64,000 bases of DNA from Trichoplax adhaerens (Eukaryota; Animalia; Placozoa). Shown one piece after another: positions 39,201-52,347 of the stretch. Below the pieces are notes generated by a model. That model did no database searches. It was not told where the DNA came from and was given only the letters and a program-made list of their open reading frames with translations. Numbering within the stretch: the stretch's first letter is position 1; the number at the start of each line of letters is the position of its first letter. Where the stretch lies: positions 7,908,041 to 7,972,040 of the forward strand of contig NW_002060946.1 of the NCBI RefSeq assembly GCF_000150275.1, written 5' to 3'. The position numbers and the translations under genes were made by a program.

Positions 39201-41149
39201 ATTATAGACTATGTATGACATGATAACTTCACATCATTTGGTCTATGAAGTTTATTTTTAAATTAATTTAAAACGAATAGACAGGTATAAAATACACGTA
39301 TAAAAGATTAACAAATAACCTTTACAGGAACTTGGTATTTAAAATTTCATGACAAAGCAAGAAAAGGATTCCTCTTAGTTACATCCATATTAATCATGGC
39401 GATTATTTTTCTACGTAATTTCCTGCTCATAAAACATTAACTTTTTCCGTTTTTTCCAAAAAATTATATTCGACATTGTTTATATCATTTAGACAACATC
39501 GAATTAGTTAATACATTGGGATTCATAATCAAAAATCTAAGTATTAAAGATTTTCAAATAGCGAATTAAGAGGCCTGTTCTTCGCTACTGAAATTGTAGT
39601 CACAAAAGAGCATTTGAGTAGAACATTTAACTGCATACTTTATGATTACTTAATGATTACGTTATATGTACAGTATTAGTGCTTTCGTATATTGATAAGC
39701 AGAATTGAAGGAAAGAATTAAAATTTCGTTGTGTTTATGTGAAAGTCCAGGACTGGACTGTACTGAGGGCTATTTTAAGGTATAATTATTATCCATAACA
39801 TTACTTCCTTTCGATTTTATCGATTTAGGTTTGCTTTTGATATCAAAATATTGCGACATACATGAAAAATTTACCAATTCATAATTTGAATAGGCTTTAT
39901 GCAGCAAGATTAATACTGTTTACGATCTGATACAATACAAAGAGTATCAAATATCTATTGTTTGTGCGAATTATTCCCTCAAAACAATTCCATTATGATA
40001 TAGAGTATAAAGCGCTGCTATCGCATTAATTGCAATTCATTATGAATTAATATTAATATTCTCAGTGAAATAGTCATGATTTTGACGCTTATAATACTAG
40101 CATCCTAACAATAAAATCAGAATTTCAATGATTTAAGAATAAAGGAAGTAATAATTAAGTAAATTAAATATATTGAATAAAAATAGATAAAATAAAAAAT
40201 ATTAGAGCTATCTACCGTTTACAAGATAAAAATTTAAGTATTACACTAGTTTACGTGACTAACCGTGTAAATTAATTAAAATACAATTCGCTTTAGTTTA
40301 ATTTCGGGATGTCGAAGCCTTCAAAATAAAATTCTAAACTGTTGCTGTTGTAGTTTATGTCTCCTAATTACTATAAAATATTATAATACAATATTAGAGT
40401 TAGCTAATTTATATCGCTATGTTAAGTAGAATAATTTCAAAAACTACAACATTACAATAATCATTCACTTATTTTCTATCTAGTATCAGAGTATCGAATA
40501 AATATTTGATTACGCTCTGGAGAACGAATAGTAGATAGCGTACTCACTCATATAAGATTTTGCGGTTAACTGTAAGTGCCGGCACGATCAAGCATTGCAC
40601 TTCTGCAAATACGATGTTCTTAATACTCAGCTAACAATTGCGGACTTCTCTTACAAACACAAACCATATACCCTCTATTTAACGTAACAGAAACATTAGA
40701 GAAGGTAGTCTTAAAAATTTGACCAGATCTAAATCGTTAATAGGTATGTGCCTCATTTTATCGGTACCTTTGGAAATCATCTAACCATCAGCATTAAATG
40801 AATTAAATGTTCAATCCTTATATTCAGTTGTATTTGCTAATCAAAGTATCAGCATATTTTTTAACATGCTATTGAAAAATAGGTTTGGATATAATCTTTC
40901 GACTTTTCTAGTCTTTGAGAGCAAGGCAGTAATTATATTACTGTAAAAAATTTTCCCTACGCCGATCAGATATCAAATAGTTTACTAAGGAAACAATGTG
41001 AAAATTCTCTTTATTAGCGACCAAGTAATTTAATCCTTAATGTCATTTCAGATTAACTTGCTTTGAATGACAGCTAGAAACATCACGATATTTGAGTACA
41101 TTCACAAAATCAATCCATTAATCATAAATAAGTAAACATCTTGCCGACT

Positions 41150-42120
41150 GTAATGAAATGACAAGTGTAGAGATCAAGCTACAAAACTTTAACAAACTTT
41201 GATTCCACTTTCGTTGCACTCCGGTCGACTTAGCAAAACTTTGACATCAAATAAAATTTGGGGAAATAACCGAACAACAATTTATTACAAAACAAAAATG
41301 GAGAGAAGTATAAACCGAACAACCTTACAAATACTTAGCTTTAGGTATTATTATTATAAATGACAGACTTAAAAACTGTCAACGATCAAACAACCTTTCG
41401 AAAAGAAGAACGTTTTAACTTACGACAATTTGACCCCGAAGGCCTTTTAAATTCAATAAGTTCTTCAAATAAAATCTTCTTCTGCTCTTCCTCCAAATTT
41501 TCTAATTGCACTATCATTTATAGGCTTCGTAGAGCCGTCAGAGGTATTTAAAACTAAACATTTGCTAACCAACCGCTCTCAAGATCCGTTTTAGAAAACT
41601 ACTTTGCACCATTTATCGCCATTTAAGAAAACAAAAATCATTCAAAGTTCAGACACAATTCACCCTACGATTCCCTTACAAAACACTATAAAACTAACAA
41701 ACTAACTATAAAAATACATCAAAACTTCACTTCTAACATAATTTCTATCATTAATACACTATAAAAGTCTAAAAATCAACCTTTAAACATCAAGATTTAG
41801 TCATAAAAATAACATTCTAACTACTTAACAATCAACACAACCTCTGCCAATTTCCATCTTATTTTCTATTTTTCCTCACTAAATTCTCCTAATGTGACTT
41901 CAAGTCACGTCATAAAATTCCAAAGTTTCAAATTCATAACAAAAAGTCCAATTTCAAAAATCAACTCTTACGATATTTTTCATAAACTAAAATCCAAAAT
42001 TTACAACAGAAAAATTATATGACATAAATTAAAACAGGAAAATTATATCGGACACAAACCCAACTGGTACCAGAATCCGAAAACTATTTCGGACATAAAT
42101 CCGGAAAAATTCGGTTTTTA
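41150..42120. other. G-depleted, A/C-rich compositional island; possible decayed mobile or foreign element
   Basis: Only 4 G in the 180 nt from 41701 to 41880 on the + strand while C is common; the flanks show no such skew; no intact ORF. Confidence 0.4.
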
Positions 42121-44453
42121 TAAAGATCACAGTAATCGCTTATCGAAAAAATTTATATGACTATTACGACTACTTTTCTGACATTAGTATCGCTTAGTAT
42201 TCGCGAGTATGGACAGTTGATGTTTTAGCGTCAGATTGTACTGTAACTGTACGATTATAGACTACTGTACATTACAGTACTTTATCGTCATGTTATAAAT
42301 CCCCTTTCTCTAAGGATAGGGTTTTGCTACTAAGTCAAATTCCTTTACAATTTGAATAGACGATCAAACGCCCTTTCTTTAGATTAGCCATTTGCTCTAG
42401 GGCTACTTCGATAGTAATCTATATAATACCTTGTAAAATAATGAAGAAGAAAAGATGGCGACATGATGATTTGGCAGGGTAAAACTTTAAGACACTATCA
42501 CTTTCTAGGTATTTTCTATAGTAAAATAATACTAGTTACATACTAAAAGCTACAAAGGACTCTACTTTTAGTCCTTTACTACACGGCAATTACTCAATAA
42601 GTTATCTCTCTTTATGTGAGTAACGAAAGCATAATAAAAATATAATAATAAGCTCTAACTTCTATTGAAATTATAGGTATAATAAAACCATATTATAGGT
42701 CTGGCGTGGATATTAAACGGCTTTATCTAGATTCAATATTGAGTAGTTATATCGATATTTTATAAAGTAATGATCAACCATCACAGTCTGAAAAACGAAA
42801 CACCATCAGTTATCTTGTTTTACACAATAGCCCAGATGCATTTTATTTTATGGTAAATAACACGAAGCAGGTTATTGCTTCAAACTTGCTTTTCAGAATA
42901 TAGATAATTTAATTATTATTACCTTTAAGGTGAATATGCAGTAAATATATAATTTCAAGCTAAAGTTATCGTCAGGATAACTTTAGGTAATGTAATTCTA
43001 ACGCCGATATGAATTCAAATGGGCGTTATGCTTACTGCATGCGTTAACTTAACGTTGCTGATTTTTAAATAATTACCAACCATAGCTCGACTGGAAAATA
43101 GAATAATATTAACAAGATTATTTCTTTGAAACCTTACAAATTATGCGCAAGCTACTTAAACTTGGATATTCATTATTAATAACTTTGTTGTCCTAAAGAA
43201 TGTACGAAGGTGAACATAAGTAGTGATAACATTTTATCGTAACTGATATAAGGATCCATTGCAATGTGAATTATTCCATAAGCACTGTGAATAATGTCTC
43301 AGAATAACACGGATCGAAATTAATATCACAATTAAAAATCGAATAAGTATCATTCATCACAATGAAATATCATAATTGAAAACACATTTTTTGCCCGAGT
43401 AATATTAAATATTTAATATTAACACATAAATAGAATTATTTCGTTAAAATACAATTTAAAAAAATGTAAATGTCAACAGAAGGAAATTTTCATATATCTA
43501 TCCATCGTAAGTTTTTCGTTATCAAAATTTGGCAGAGATATTATTTTAGGTTATTAGGAAGACCTGATCTTTCAATCAGTAAATCTTTACTTTATTTCCA
43601 ATCACATAAGCGTTTATACAACGAATCAGTAGATCTCTTTTACCTAGCTGTGTGTTTGCAAATAATAATTATATTTTATTAGTTCGCTCTATAAGTATCT
43701 GACTGTGTCTACAACGATATTATACTGTAATCAAAACAATCTATTAGTCATAAATATAAGTTGACTATAAGGCTAAAATCATTCAGTAGTCACATTTCAA
43801 TCCTTACTGCACATCTTATTACGAAGCTTAGCAAATTAAGAGTAGTTTTTGTAATTAATTTTTTATGAATACTGATATGTAATTAGTATATACTTAATAT
43901 AATAATATATTGACAGATACTGCATACGATAATATTATCCTTAAAAGATAAAGTATTCTATCTAGTACGGTACATTGAATTCTACCGGAGAAAATACTTC
44001 GGAATCCAAGGTAATGTTTATTAATGATCTGCCATTTTTAAATCGTACGTATTAATACCAGAGTGGTAGATTTTTAGGTTACTACGGCCTCATCCTGGTT
44101 AAAATTCGTATCCTTAGATCAGTTATTATGTTACAATGCTGATAAACTCTGCAATTTTGCTGAAATTCTGCTTTATCCTTGATTCTATTTCTTAATTTTT
44201 TTTAAATTAAAAGAATGTTCTAACTCACAGTGAGCAGCACCTACTTAGCGCTAGATATTCAGCTTTCGGACTATTATTTGTTGATTTATTGTAATATAGA
44301 TCATAAGCTCAAGCTATCAACTTCCCTGGGGTAAACTACATTGACAAATCTGAACGAAAATTTCCCGCATAGAAAACTTCGCAAATTAGATAGTAACAAA
44401 TCAGTTCCCGTATATAAACGTGTTCAAATTATTCGAAGTTTACGCTATATATT

Positions 44454-45493
44454 ATGTCAGCCAATAATATCCAACTCAGCAATGAAACAAACCATCAACT
44501 GGTATCGCTATTAGGACTTCGACTTATTGTCGGTATACCTTCAGTTATTATTTTTATCGGTGGTTTGATTGGAAATATATCTACTGTATTTACTATCATT
44601 CGATACAGAAGAACGACAACCAAAGATCTCATGTTCTACTTAGTTGCTAATTTAGCAATGTATGATATTCTTGTCATGTTATTTGCTTTACCAATTACAG
44701 TTATCCGAAAATTAGCTTTCACATGGCCGTTTGGAGCTTTCCTGTGTTATACTATAAATGGTTTCCCTCCTTTCTCGGGAATAGGCTCAGTAGTAACCAT
44801 GGTTTCTATAGCAATCGATCGCTACTATGTCGTTTTACATGCAGCAAATCCAAATCCAAAAGAGAAGAAAAAGGGGCTAATTCTTTCAGCAATATTTATA
44901 ACAGCGCTAGCCGTTGCTTCACCAGCATTTATATTTTCAAAATATGATGACTCTCAATCAACTCCTTATTGCGATATTGTTTTTTCTACTGATTCTGCCG
45001 TTCAAATTATCGGATGGCGAATTTATATTACATTATCGAGTATTCTGATTTTATTTCTACCAGTTACGGTCGAATTAATCATATATGTCAAGATTTTACT
45101 GGTTTTACGGCAAAGATCGAAAAATATTACAACCCGATTCAATTATGCATATGTTAAAGCTCATAAGAATACCATCAAATTGATGTTGTTAATGACTATT
45201 ACTTACATTTTTACCCATGCTCCACTATTTATTTGCTATCTTATATATCATTATCAAGGTATATCAACCGAAAATGTTATACTATTTTAACTCATATTTG
45301 TTATCGCACATTTTTATGTTTTTATTCTAAAAGTTTAATTAACCCTATAATTTACACTGGCTTTATTCCTAAACAAAAAGAGCGACATATTTATATATTT
45401 AGCTTTCAATTTTTAAGGCCTTGTCTGTCGAAGAATTGTAGCTTGAATTTCAAACGAAATGCTGTTGCTCCTAAAACCATCTCGACGACATAG
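44454..45493 (+). pseudogene. Disabled class A GPCR, duplicate of 49348-50385
   Basis: Colinear with the intact copy, but CAA>TAA at 45288-45290 before TM7 and 2 extra T in a T run at about 45311-45315; TM7 (LCFYSKSLINPIIYTGFIP) continues in another frame to 45493. Confidence 0.85.
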
Positions 45494-46480
45494 CGGCCAA
45501 ATAAATAACTGTTAAATAATGTTGCAAAATACGGTTATTACTTTTTATACCATCTCGCGCTCTTTTAACTTCCATAACAGCAGAATTATTTACTAATTAC
45601 TTTATTTAATCTAGATAAATATCATTTTAGTATTTAATTTTTGTTAGAAACCGTGCCCGGGTATTTATCGTGAATCTTTGCCAGCGCGATTTCGCACGAG
45701 TTTCGTTTAACTAAAGCTTGGTTTTTGATTACCCAATGGTCAGCGCTAAGAATAACTCTTTACCAATGATATCATTCTAGAGAGTATTCTCGATACAATA
45801 ACAAGGATGTTCACTGAAGAATTGGAAATGAACTATAAAAATCAAAATCAGTGAGTACTAAGGGCACATATGTTCCTTAGTACACTTAAAGAAATGGTTG
45901 TTATTTTCACTGACGTCAAGTAGAGCACTCGCTACTCATTCCATAAGTGCTGTAGTGATGCATAAGTTTTCAACAAGTGCCAAGAATTTAAAATCTAGCT
46001 TATAGTTAAACAAATTATACGCATACAAGTGCGGATACTAGTAAATATATACGCGGATACATACATAATACACCTAGTTTTGGCCATATACGTCACTTAT
46101 AATGTATCCGGACATGAAATTAGCCTGCTTATCATTCCATAGTTTCCGTACTAAAGAATTATTTGTGAACAACAGTTTATCATTCTAATCAATTTTTGGA
46201 TCATTCACATCCTTTTAAAGCATGGATTACAAGATTGGCCACTGTTGTTCCAGTAAAGTAGTAGAAATTTTATTATAAGAACATATTATCCTATAGTACC
46301 GTAATTAATCAGTAGAGATTACTTACATCGTGAATTTTTGCTCAGAATCTGCAATGTCCACGAGATAGATACTCTAAACCATCCTGAAGTTGATGCTCTG
46401 CAATTATTTAAGCTTCTGTAATGTCGGTTTTTGAAACTATAGATATACTTAAAGTAATCAAAATTTGCCAAGTCTTATAT

Positions 46481-47003
46481 CTTTGGTGCACTAATTGCTA
46501 AACTCAATCAGAGGCCATATAATGCGCATACATCCAAATATTGTCATGATAAAGGGAGATCCAAACATTGTTGCAAACCAGTCTATTACTGAAATTACAT
46601 TGTGATGGAGGGTTCGATATCTCGGAGGATTGAGATTTAGTTGCCATTTACAATTAGTGCACCAAAAGTTGTATAAAAGTTATACTTTATTTTAAGTAGT
46701 AAAGTAAGTACGGTGAGGTAATTACGGTAGATCAGCGTGAAAGCTGTCGTGAGTAACGTGTGAAGACTAACTAGGAAACTAACGATTTCTGAGGTGGGAA
46801 ACGGCGGTATTTATAGTTTTAAAGATAGAGCACATGCAAAGAATAGGATTATAGAATTAGATACAACATATACCATAACAGGTTACAACATAGCTGATGA
46901 TTGTAGCAAACAGCGAGTACTGTAATAACTAAATACAGTAGCCTATATATGAATGTGAAGCAAGCGGACTGTAGATATGTCTAAATATAAGAGCAATACA
47001 ACA
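46481..47003 (-). mobile_element. Possible LTR-element relic / inverted-repeat (MITE-like) element
   Basis: Perfect 16-bp inverted repeat TTTGGTGCACTAATTG (46482-46497 / 46651-46666). The minus strand shows TGTTGTAT (47003), TATAAATA (~46815), AATAAA (~46692), ATACAAC then TGGTGCAC and a short ATG-initiated frame. Confidence 0.35.
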
Positions 47004-49347
47004 TGTCTATATTTAAGAGTAGAATATAGTTACAGTATATTCTAAATACACTACATACATAAATACAGCTATTACTCAATTCGTGTATAAGGCAATATTA
47101 TGTCTTTGTAATAAGGTCGACTATATCTTATTCTACTCTACTATTATAACTCACAACAGAATTAGGCAAACTGAATAGAGATAAAAGTCTGCTTTATCAT
47201 ACAGAAAATTGTGCAACACACGAATCTATCTCTAAGCTCTAATTAACTTTCTAGCTCACCAATAGTTTCCTTACATATGCTTAATTTTTACATCGATCTT
47301 AGTAAAATGTTATTCCTTGTCTTGTCAGAGGGTCTCATATCATGTTAATCTCTTAATTTATATCCCTCATGCAGACAAGATCTTATCTGTTTCATGAGAT
47401 TGCTTATGTTTATAATAATTAAATTAAGATGAAGTGAGTAGATGTTATATGGTATGATATCACTTAATATTCCCAGTACACAGATATTTACATAGATACA
47501 TGTAAGAAAATAGTGTTGTAACCAATTTAATAAAATAATTTTGTCCTTACAGTTATTCAATTTAGAGAGTATGTGTGTGAGTTTATGTGTCACTAATGCC
47601 GCTATGCCTCTAAATTAACCAGAAAGTAAGCAAGTTTATAATAAAATAAAATCATTTTATTGTAATCAAATATGGAAATCAATATCATAGCTGATACCAT
47701 ATTTATCAAGTCCTCCGTGAAATTTTGGCAGGATATCAAGCGTAACGCCTTAATTATAACAAAATAAAATGAAAAGTAAAAATCGGAAGATGCATGTCAT
47801 GTTTTCTATGTCATATGCCATGATTTTTTTTAATAATGCCTGTAACATAACTGCGATGATATGCTAATTAAATCTAGAGATCTGCGATATTATCTGCTAA
47901 TTACTATGTCAATCTTCTGATAAATGAGATATATTAAAAATTCAAGTGAAAGGTTCAACAAAGCTCTATAATTGGAATTATTACGACTTAAAAAACACAG
48001 AACGCTAATAACGCAATGATAATTATACGGAATGTCTATGAACAATTATACTAAAATAAAAGGAGAAACTTTACTAATAAACAGAGTGCTGAGTATCATT
48101 GTAAATTATGCATTGGGAAATTTTAGTTCATTTTATATTATCATAGAATATGACCCAGGTCTCCTTTATTGAAACAATTTAAATTAAATTAACATTAAAA
48201 TAAAAGATGCAGTAGAATATTACTTAAAAGATTTTCGTTCCGAAAAATATATTTTGATCTAGAAGTTTATTAAACTCACATACCAAATAATTATACATCT
48301 ATTCTTTTATTGATCAAAATTAATATCGATCAGATTGTAAGCTGCTGAAAAAGTAAAAAAACGATAATTTATTTTATTGAAAAGGAATAACTGAATTAAA
48401 ATATCAGGTCGCACTTACAGCACTTACTGTAATTTAAACGAAACTAACAGTTATCCCGCAATATCTATTACCACACACGCTCAGACCTATAACCTATTAA
48501 ATCGATTTACTGTATTTCTGAGACATTCGGATTAAAGTCGCATATAAGGACCCGTTCCTTTAATCTTCTAGAATCAAGATCTAAATATATATTACCCTTA
48601 TTAACTATCTATTGCATTCCCAACAATAATGCACTCAATTTGCTATCAAAAAATCAATTACTGATATCCATATTTGTAATGTCGCATAAGCAACATTGCA
48701 AATAACATACCAGGTGTGCAATATCTTAAAATGAAATCACACATCCGATTCAAAGGAAAAAGGTCAGCAGCATCAATATTTATAAAATTATTAAACAATA
48801 ATACAAATGATTGATTTGCTTCCGATGAAAATCGTAATTAGTTTCATAAAATTTTCTCCTGCGTGATAGCTGATGCATTATATAGGTGATCCTTAAAACA
48901 ACAAAAAGAGCTATAATCTTATTAATTTTTTGTTTATGCCTTCATTAGACTGTTTTAATTACAATAAAAATGACTTCAAGATCAATAACAATATCTAAGT
49001 TACAGTAATCTTTAATTTACCTGTTATTAGACCCAATAAACATTGTTACTTACTTATAATTTCGTAATACTCATTAACTCAAAATATATTTACAGCTGAG
49101 AGAAAGAGTATAAATTAGAAAATCATTTGTTGATCAAATCAGTCTACTTCAATTTTAATCTTCAAATATATCTACTGCTGACTCAATCATTTTCCCATAG
49201 AGTCCTTTAGGCCTAAGCATTCTTGCTTACATCTATTGTGAATATACTTCAAATTTTACAGCACCCCAAGATATCAACTTGAAAACTAAGAGTGCATTGG
49301 CACTACTGATAGTGTATGTAACATCAAATTTTTAATTCTTAATCAAC

Positions 49348-50385
49348 ATGTCATCCAACCATATTAGACTCAGCAATGAAACAAACCATCAACTGGTATC
49401 GCTATTAGGACTTCGACTTATTGTCGGTATACCTTCAGTTATTATTTTTATCGGTGGTTTGATTGGAAATATATCTACTGTATTTACTATCATTCGATAC
49501 AGAAGAACGACAACCAAAGATCTCATGTTCTACTTAGTTGCTAATTTAGCAATGTATGATATTCTTGTCATGTTATTTGCTTTACCAATTACAGTTATCC
49601 GAAAATTAGCTTTCACATGGCCGTTTGGAGCTTTCCTGTGTTATACTATAAATGGTTTCCCTCCTTTCTCGGGAATAGGCTCAGTAGTAACGATGATTTC
49701 TATAGTAATCGATCGCTACTATGTCGTTTTACATGCAGCAAATCCAAATCCAAAAGAGAAGCAAAAGGGACTAATTCTTTTAGCTTTATTCATAATAGCA
49801 TTAGCCATTGCTTCACCAGCATTTATATTTTCAAAATATGACGATTCTCAATCAACTCCTTATTGCGACATGGTTTTTTCTACTGATCCTGCTATTCAAA
49901 TTATGTGGAGACGAATTTATGTTACCTTAGTCAGTGTTTTGATTTTATTTCTACCAGTTACGTTCGAAGTAGTCTTATATGTCAAAATTTTACTGGTTTT
50001 ACGACAAAGATTGAAAAGTCCTACAGCTCGATTCAATTATGCATATGTTAAAGCTCATAAGAATACCATCAAATTGATGCTGTTAATGACTATATTATAC
50101 GCAACTACTCATACACCGCTGTTTACTTGCTACCTAGTCTATCGTTATGGAGGTGTAGCGCCCGAAAATGTTTTAGTATTTCAACTTGTATACATCATCG
50201 CGCATTTATGTTTCTATTGCAAAAGTGTCATTAATCCTATAATTTACACTGGCTTTATTCCAGAACATAAGCAGTGGCTACTTTGCATAATTAATTTCAA
50301 ATTTATACGGCCTCGCTTGTCAAGTACAAGTATCTTAAAATTCCGGAAAAATAAATGTACTATTGCTCCAGTATCAGCCTCATGA
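49348..50385 (+). CDS. Intronless class A GPCR, 345 aa
   Basis: GN, NLAMYD, TWPFGAFLC, DRYY, THTP at the CWxP position, NPIIY; seven hydrophobic segments. Confidence 0.93.
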   Translation: MSSNHIRLSNETNHQLVSLLGLRLIVGIPSVIIFIGGLIGNISTVFTIIRYRRTTTKDLMFYLVANLAMYDILVMLFALPITVIRKLAFTWPFGAFLCYTINGFPPFSGIGSVVTMISIVIDRYYVVLHAANPNPKEKQKGLILLALFIIALAIASPAFIFSKYDDSQSTPYCDMVFSTDPAIQIMWRRIYVTLVSVLILFLPVTFEVVLYVKILLVLRQRLKSPTARFNYAYVKAHKNTIKLMLLMTILYATTHTPLFTCYLVYRYGGVAPENVLVFQLVYIIAHLCFYCKSVINPIIYTGFIPEHKQWLLCIINFKFIRPRLSSTSILKFRKNKCTIAPVSAS

Positions 50386-51626
50386 TTTAGTCATGAAATG
50401 CTCATCATGGAGCACTACGGGGCTTAACCTTATAAAATGGCTTTTATTGGATATCTTGTATCTCTCTCGATTTTATAATATTCTATTGGATTGAGAGTAA
50501 TATCATTCACTAAATATTTCTGCTAAATATTATTATACCGGTGTGACTAGTAAACAATACTATGTAAGACTAGAACAATATATTCATTATCTATGATAAA
50601 ATGAAACATTTTAATCAAAATTTTCATTCAACGTCACTTAAACTTTCTGCTAAGATTCGTGTTAGTATTGAATACTACAAAGTATGGTTGATACTTAGTT
50701 TGTAAAATTAATACTCTATCATTGTAAGCTTATTCTAAATAATAGATTCCATATATCTTGTATTTAGAATCTTGAATATCTCCATATAACGTAACTTTTC
50801 TTCTCAATAACAAGGCTAAGAAATTTTTTAACTGACTAGTGTTGTGTGCAATACAATTTTACTTGTACAATATCCGTTAGAATGTTAAATTTTCTAAATG
50901 GCTTGACATGATTTGTAACCCTTACCTTATACCGTAAGTATCAAAGCCATAAGTTTACACCTATATTAATACTATGATTAATCCTTCACTTCTCTAGAAA
51001 TAAATTAGCACACCAATAAATGTATCAACACTTACCGTACTACTTGTTTTTTCAGCTCTAGGCAGAATAGTGCAATACTTACGAAATATAAATATTCTCA
51101 ACTGCTACGATGACTTATTGAATTAGGGTATTAAATCTACCATAGTCATATCCATAGTCGGTATAAGGCAATGGATTTTTCCTCTAATATAATAACTCCT
51201 CCTTCATTTATTCAGTAAGGTATTATAGATTAAAGTTTTTGAAAGTCGTGTTAGCATATTAAAATTTGGAATAGTCTTAGAATGGCAATTCTCTAAATAA
51301 TGTTTTTACGTATTACTGCACTTATCATTAATTTTTAGATGTAAAGATACAGTATCCATGGCAAAGCATTTATGTTTCAGCATTCTTATTCAATATGATT
51401 ATTCAATAGTTGTAGAAGTAGGATAATTTAGTTGTACTTCTTCACTTTATCATTCCTGTCGTATGAGTTATTTGGTGAAGTCATTATCTTCTGTACTTGA
51501 TGATCGTGTGTGCTTGTTACGGAGACATGCTCCGAAATATTAATTGCTAAGTTAATTAAAATATCTCATTTAAATTATTGTTTGCTCCAGTAGCTTATTA
51601 GATATCAATGTTTATTCATAAGTACT

Positions 51627-52048
51627 TGTTCAATATTGTTGACATGTCGGAGCTAACACGCTTAGTCTGTAAACGTTAATTAATAACACCTTAAGTGTAA
51701 GATTAATTACTTTGCAGAGCCTTGAGGCTCTAGTTGCTATACTAGGATATGTATACTGTACAGTGTAAGCCGCTATTTCAAGAATATTCGCAAGTGTACC
51801 ATCGGCGAGGCTATAAAAAGCGGAGCAATAGCTTAGCTTCTCAGTTCCAGTTAGTCATTTACAGGATCTTTTGACTATCTTTTGACTATTATTGCTAAGA
51901 ATATTCTTACGTTTTTCTTTAGTACATTTTACGACTAAGGTTAACGAAAATAAAGTAAAGTATTTAAACCTATTACTCAATAGTAGTTTTTTTGTGTAGC
52001 AGAGAGTTAGTTCAACTACGATAGGTCCCTAAGTTAGTTGGGAACACA
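51627..52048 (+). mobile_element. Solo LTR (422 bp) of an LTR retrotransposon
   Basis: Termini TGTTC...GAACACA flanked by an exact 6-bp direct repeat AGTACT (51621-51626 and 52049-52054). Internal TATAAAA at 51812, initiator-like TCAGTT at 51841 and AATAAA at 51949 occur in U3-R-U5 order. Confidence 0.7.
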
Positions 52049-52347
52049 AGTACTAGTGAAGATAATGTTTAAGACCCGGTTTCTTGTTACAAAGAAGTAG
52101 ATTTGTAACAGTGATATACTGTGTCGTCCTGGATAGTCCTGTAAATGTTTCCTTATCTCTTTCCTCAACAGTTCTGTACATCGCTTCTCATGTTATTATG
52201 CTTGCTTGCATACTGTTCCTATTTGACTCAGTTTAATCTCTTGAATTCAGCATTATTGAGTGTCCTTATACCCGGTAGATTCTATGTATATTTTGAAACG
52301 AAATGAACCTCCCTTAGAATAAAGTACTGCCGTCGCAAGCAGTCTCT

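Noticed and set aside
44723-44947. Alternative-frame ORF shared by both GPCR copies (also 49617-49841)
   Set aside because: Its similarity follows from the duplication and conversion; it starts at ATGG within a Thr-Trp codon pair and has no independent support.
50215-50250. TM7 lysine as an opsin retinal-binding site
   Set aside because: The Lys is 4 residues before the N of NPxxY (7.45); opsin K296 is 6 before (7.43).
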